Source of the DNA: Acidobacteriota bacterium
GTDB taxonomy: Bacteria; Acidobacteriota; Thermoanaerobaculia; UBA5066; Gp7-AA6
Assembly: GCA_046735265.1 (NCBI GenBank)
Contig: JBKPSZ010000194.1
Span: forward strand, 1 to 57,890
Direction: 5' to 3'
Length of the DNA stretch: 57,890 nucleotides
How positions within the stretch are numbered: position 1 is the first letter of the stretch; every line of letters starts with the position of its first letter. The position numbers and the translations under genes were made by a program. The notes beneath the pieces are model-generated. The model did not search any database. It was not told the DNA's origin and saw only the letters and a program-made list of their open reading frames with translations. Below, piece after piece: positions 54,283 to 57,890 of the stretch.

Positions 54283-57200
54283 CTATGGGACGACGGTCAC
54301 GTTGTCGAAGACGGCGGTGCATTTCGCCGCATTGTTGTGCGAGGTGACCGCGAGCCCCACGAGAACGTCCGATGGAAGGCTCACGGCCTGGCTCCCCACC
54401 GTCGTCCAGGTCGTCCCATTGCTCGAGCGATACGCCGTGAATGTGTTTCCGCTCCGCACGAGCCGGACCCAGTACGGCGCTGCCCCCGTCGAGCCGACCG
54501 AGCTCGTCACCCCGCCCTTCGTCAGTCGCCACTGGAACCCGGAGGTCCCCCGCGGCAGGAGCTCCATCATCGCGTAGGGCGAGTTGTTGCTCAGATCCTG
54601 GCGGATCATCACCCCCGCCTTCGCATAGGAATTCGTGTTCTGCACGCTTGCGACGCGCGCGCGGATCTCCCCGCTGCCCGACATCGACTGGTACACGTAG
54701 TGAAACTGATCGCTCGTCCCGTAGACGTCCGCCCCCGATCCCAGGACCGTGAACGTCCCGCCCGCCTCCGTGGCGCTTCCCGCCAGCGCGACGGCTCCCA
54801 CGTCCTGCTGGACCCATGGGGACGGAAGCGTGGGCGTCGTGAGATTCACGGTGATCCCGACCGCCGCCGACGTCGTCACGGCTCCCAGGTTGTCGGTTGC
54901 GCGAACCGTCAGGCTGTGCGCGCCGGCGGAGGGCGAACTCCAGACGAACGTGTAGGGAGTCGCCGTGCGTGTTCCGAGCAGGTTCGCGCCGTCGTAGAAG
55001 GCGACCTGCGTCACGCTGCCGCCCGGGTCCGAGGCCTGCGCCTCGATCGAGATGCTCGGCGGATCCTGAAAGACCGCTCCGTTGGCGGGGCTCGTGATCG
55101 CGGCGGTCGGAGGCGAATTTCCCCCGAACGTCAGGGAGAGATTGTCGAAGACGGCGGTGCACTTCGCTGCGTTGTTGTGCGAGGTCACGGCGATCCCGAC
55201 GAAAACGCCTTGCGGCAGCGTCACGGTCTGGCTGCCGACCGTCGTCCAGGTCGTCCCGTTGGCCGACTCGTACGCGGTGATGGTGTTCCCGCTCCGCACG
55301 AGCCTCACCCAGTACGGCGCCGCCCCCGTCGAGCCGACCGAGCTCGTCACCGCCCCCTTCGTCAGTCGCCACTGAAATCCGGACGTCTTCCTCGGCAGGA
55401 TCTCCATCATCGCGTAGGGCGAGTTGTTGCTCAGGTCCTGCCGGATCATCACCCCGGCCTTCGCGTACGAGTTCGTGTTCTGCACGCTCGCGACGCGCGC
55501 CCGGATCTCGCCGTTGCCCGACAGCGACTGGTACACGAAGTGAAATTGATCGCTCGTCCCATAGACGTCCGCCCCGGATCCGAGGACCGTGAACGACCCT
55601 CCCGCCTCGGTGGCGCTCCCCGGCAGCCCCACCGCCCCGACGTCCTGCTGCAGCCACGGCGACGGCAGCGAGTCCGGCGGGTTCTGGACGGTGACGGTGA
55701 CCGTCGCGGACGTGGTCGTCGCGCCGTGGTCGTCCGTCGCGACGGCGGTCAACGTGTACGCGCCCGCCGCGACGCCGGTCCAGTTGAACGTGAAGGGAGC
55801 CGACCGGTCGGTCGCGAGTCGCGTCGTGCCTGAGAAGAAATCCACCCGAACGACCGCGCCGTCGTCCAAGACCGATGCGACGAGCGAGATCGACGCCGGG
55901 GCCGTGAAGACGGCGCCGTTCGTGGGACTCGTCAGGACGACCGAGGGAGGCGAGTTGGAAGCGACGGCGCGCGTGTAGCCAGCGAGCGCGTCGATCCGGC
56001 CCCACCCCGCCGTGTTGTTCGGCACGGCTCCGGCCGCGATGCCGCCGCACGTCTCCGTGGTCGGCTTCGCGACGGCCGACTGTTCCATGAGGACCTCGAG
56101 GCCGCTGACGTTGCCGGAGAGCGACGGGGACGCCGAGAGGAGGAGCGCCGCGAGCCCGGCGGCGTGCGGGGCCGCCATGCTCGTGCCGCTCATCGTCGTG
56201 TACCCGCCTCCCGGAACGCTCGAGCGAATGTTCGTGCCGGGCGCGATCACTTCGGGCTTGATTGCTCCGTTCTGCCCCGGACCGCGGCTCGAGTAGCTCG
56301 CCACGGAGTCGGTCGTGTTGGTCGCTCCGATGGTGAACGACGCCTCGTACATCTGGGGAACCCCGACCGCGCCGCAGCCGCTCGTCCCGTCGTTGCCCGC
56401 CGAGATGACGACGAGGATGCCGGCCGCGCGCACGTTCTCGACGATGCTCTTCAACGTGTCGGGATTCGTGCACCCCTCGCTCGCCGGGCAGTCCCAGGAG
56501 TTGGTGATGATGTCCGGCGACTTCGAGGGGTCCGGGTTCACGCCCGCGAGGTTCGTCGGCGCGAGGAACCACTGGAAGCACTCGGTGTACCGCGCCGGTG
56601 TCCCGACGCCGCGGTCCATGTTGCGGCAGCCGATCCACTTCGCGCCGGGGGCGACGCCGACCTGATTGCCGTTGCCGTCGTCGCCGACGGCGATTCCCAT
56701 CGTGTGCGTTCCGTGAGAATCGTCGTCGCATGGAGCGGACGAGTCCGAGTGGCACGGGTTTCCCGGACTCGCATTGTGGATCGCGTCGTGCCAGTTGTAG
56801 TTGTGGTCGGCCGTTGTCCCGTTCCATCCGCGGTACTTTCCCTTGAGCGCCGGATGCGTCCAGTCGTACCCGGTATCCTGGCCGCCCACGACGACCCCCT
56901 GCCCGGTCACCCCCGCCGCCCACACCGAGGGGGCGCCGATCGTCACGAGATTCGGCTCCGGCCCGCCCGCGAGCGCGCTCGTGATGTTCAAGCCGGTGGG
57001 AGCGTGCGGCTGGGGCAGATCCAGGAACCGCTCGAGATTCGCTTCGACCCGCGCGACGTCCGGGCGCTGGGCGAGAGATTCGATCGAGTCCGTTCGGCCG
57101 CGTACCCGGATCATGTTCGTGATCCAGAAATCCTGATGCTCGGTTCCCGAAGCATCGAGCTCCGCTCGAAGCGATCTCTGCGATCGCTCGGCCGTCTCCC

Positions 57201-57441
57201 TCAACTTCTCGAAGACGTACTGCGCCTTCTCCGCCCGAGTCGGCAGGTCGCGCGCGCCGGAGAGGTCGGCCTGGTCGCGCAGAACGACGAGAACGTCCTG
57301 CTCGGTATCGGGAGGGGCGGTGCGCAAACGGAGATCGATCTTCGACTGCCAGGAGAAGTCGCGCGGCAGAGTCTGTTCTCGCGCGACAGACGCGGCGAGA
57401 CTCGCAGCCAATGCGACGGTCACCCATCGAGCCGTTGCCAC
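54283..57441 (-). CDS. secreted S8 (subtilisin-like) serine peptidase with two tandem [Ig-like + ConA/DUF1349-like] C-terminal modules
   Basis: 1052 aa. GTG start with GGAGGAGG RBS, signal peptide, and an I9-like propeptide. Catalytic triad GQDTGYDW (Asp), HGTHTMG (His) and SGTSMAAPHAAG (Ser). Two ~280-aa modules follow. Confidence 0.9.
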   Translation of the reverse strand: MATARWVTVALAASLAASVAREQTLPRDFSWQSKIDLRLRTAPPDTEQDVLVVLRDQADLSGARDLPTRAEKAQYVFEKLRETAERSQRSLRAELDASGTEHQDFWITNMIRVRGRTDSIESLAQRPDVARVEANLERFLDLPQPHAPTGLNITSALAGGPEPNLVTIGAPSVWAAGVTGQGVVVGGQDTGYDWTHPALKGKYRGWNGTTADHNYNWHDAIHNASPGNPCHSDSSAPCDDDSHGTHTMGIAVGDDGNGNQVGVAPGAKWIGCRNMDRGVGTPARYTECFQWFLAPTNLAGVNPDPSKSPDIITNSWDCPASEGCTNPDTLKSIVENVRAAGILVVISAGNDGTSGCGAVGVPQMYEASFTIGATNTTDSVASYSSRGPGQNGAIKPEVIAPGTNIRSSVPGGGYTTMSGTSMAAPHAAGLAALLLSASPSLSGNVSGLEVLMEQSAVAKPTTETCGGIAAGAVPNNTAGWGRIDALAGYTRAVASNSPPSVVLTSPTNGAVFTAPASISLVASVLDDGAVVRVDFFSGTTRLATDRSAPFTFNWTGVAAGAYTLTAVATDDHGATTTSATVTVTVQNPPDSLPSPWLQQDVGAVGLPGSATEAGGSFTVLGSGADVYGTSDQFHFVYQSLSGNGEIRARVASVQNTNSYAKAGVMIRQDLSNNSPYAMMEILPRKTSGFQWRLTKGAVTSSVGSTGAAPYWVRLVRSGNTITAYESANGTTWTTVGSQTVTLPQGVFVGIAVTSHNNAAKCTAVFDNLSLTFGGNSPPTAAITSPANGAVFQDPPSISIEAQASDPGGSVTQVAFYDGANLLGTRTATPYTFVWSSPSAGAHSLTVRATDNLGAVTTSAAVGITVNLTTPTLPSPWVQQDVGAVALAGSATEAGGTFTVLGSGADVYGTSDQFHYVYQSMSGSGEIRARVASVQNTNSYAKAGVMIRQDLSNNSPYAMMELLPRGTSGFQWRLTKGGVTSSVGSTGAAPYWVRLVRSGNTFTAYRSSNGTTWTTVGSQAVSLPSDVLVGLAVTSHNNAAKCTAVFDNVTVVP
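54301..55965 (-). repeat. intragenic tandem duplication, period 840 bp (2 copies), inside the S8 peptidase gene
   Basis: Copy A starts at 54301 (gttgtcgaagacggcggtgcatttcgcc) and copy B at 55141 (attgtcgaagacggcggtgcacttcgct). Long identical runs occur in register, for example cccccgtcgagccgaccgagctcgtcac and ctccatcatcgcgtagggcgagttgttgctcag. The first ~540 nt of each copy are much more similar than the remaining ~300 nt. Confidence 0.9.
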
Positions 57442-57562
57442 TTCAGCCTCCTCCGCGTTCGGATCGGAAACAAAAGCCTATCAGTGGAAAAGGTCAGAAA
57501 GCGGCGCAGACAGGTGGGAGGAGATGACGCCGTCGGCCGCCGCCGCGGGCGGCCGGGCACCT

Positions 57563-57886
57563 TCAGAAGTAGCGGCGGCCGTCGAAGAAGATCCGGATGA
57601 AGCCGAAGTAGCGGGTGCGAAGCGGGGGCGCGGCAGCGTCGGGACGCCCGACGATGACTGCCTCGACCGGCCGATCCACGCCCGCCCCGATCTGAACGAA
57701 AGTCGAGTAGGTGTAGCGCGATCCGTACTCCCGGAACGGGCGGTACTCGACGATCGGGAACTCCCACTGGATCGACTTGACGGCGATCGGCTCGAGCGTC
57801 CGGCCCGTGGGCCCTTCGATGACCGCGAGAAACGCGTCCTTCTCGACGTAGCCGAAGAGCGTCACGCCGACCTCCCGGCCGGCCAT
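57563..57886 (-). CDS. hypothetical protein
   Basis: 107 aa with strong GC3 bias. ATG lies 4 nt from the window edge, so the upstream context is unseen. I recognise no family. Confidence 0.45.
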   Translation of the reverse strand: MAGREVGVTLFGYVEKDAFLAVIEGPTGRTLEPIAVKSIQWEFPIVEYRPFREYGSRYTYSTFVQIGAGVDRPVEAVIVGRPDAAAPPLRTRYFGFIRIFFDGRRYF

Positions 57887-57890
57887 GAAC

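Noticed and set aside
54242-57427. 1061-aa minus-strand ORF in a second frame of the S8 locus
   Set aside because: It has Arg/Gly-rich nonsense composition. The catalytic triad and repeat modules are in the 54283..57441 frame.
1-57890. Search for CRISPR arrays, tRNA/rRNA genes, transposases, integrases, phage or defence islands, and compositional islands
   Set aside because: None found. There are no regularly spaced repeats, no tRNA-like T-loop and acceptor combinations in the intergenic gaps, and no recombinase or transposase motifs in any credible ORF. The only AT-rich islands are the short regulatory regions reported above.

Overview
The window is very GC-rich (about 70% by eye), densely coded on both strands, and looks like ordinary chromosome. 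I support about 50 protein genes, one fluoride riboswitch, and a few promoter, operator and terminator candidates. I found no rRNA, tRNA, CRISPR array, transposase, integrase or phage-like gene. Two ADOP-type MacB-like permeases suggest an Acidobacteriota-like host; this is inference only.

The content is dominated by:
- secreted or periplasmic peptidases and hydrolases (S15 CocE/NonD, M24B, M13, S9A, an M16 pair, S8, an amidase, dienelactone hydrolase);
- transporters (two DHA2 MFS, CPA2, two ADOP, CrcB);
- glycogen synthesis genes (glgA, glgC);
- small regulators (BlaI/BlaR1-like, ArsR, a hybrid histidine kinase).

Many of the longest ORFs in the track are antisense or out-of-frame shadows typical of GC-rich DNA, and I rejected them.

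I did not find a clear, large, wholly novel multi-gene system. The observations most worth a second look are:
1. A RES toxin followed, rather than preceded, by its Xre/DUF2384 antitoxin, which has its own apparently leaderless promoter and a near-palindromic operator.
2. A degenerate mini HATPase-like ORF translationally coupled to an atypical receiver-like protein.
3. A BlaI/BlaR1-like pair whose sensor carries C-terminal TPR-like repeats instead of a penicillin-binding domain, plus two tandem 18-bp palindromic operators.
4. A UdgX-type (KRRIH) uracil-DNA protein with an N-terminal extension.
5. An S8 protease with an 840-bp in-frame tandem duplication.
6. A fluoride riboswitch upstream of crcB and a DUF190 gene.
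7. A single-base frameshift in one ADOP permease.

All family assignments come from motifs read by eye and need HMM or BLAST confirmation.
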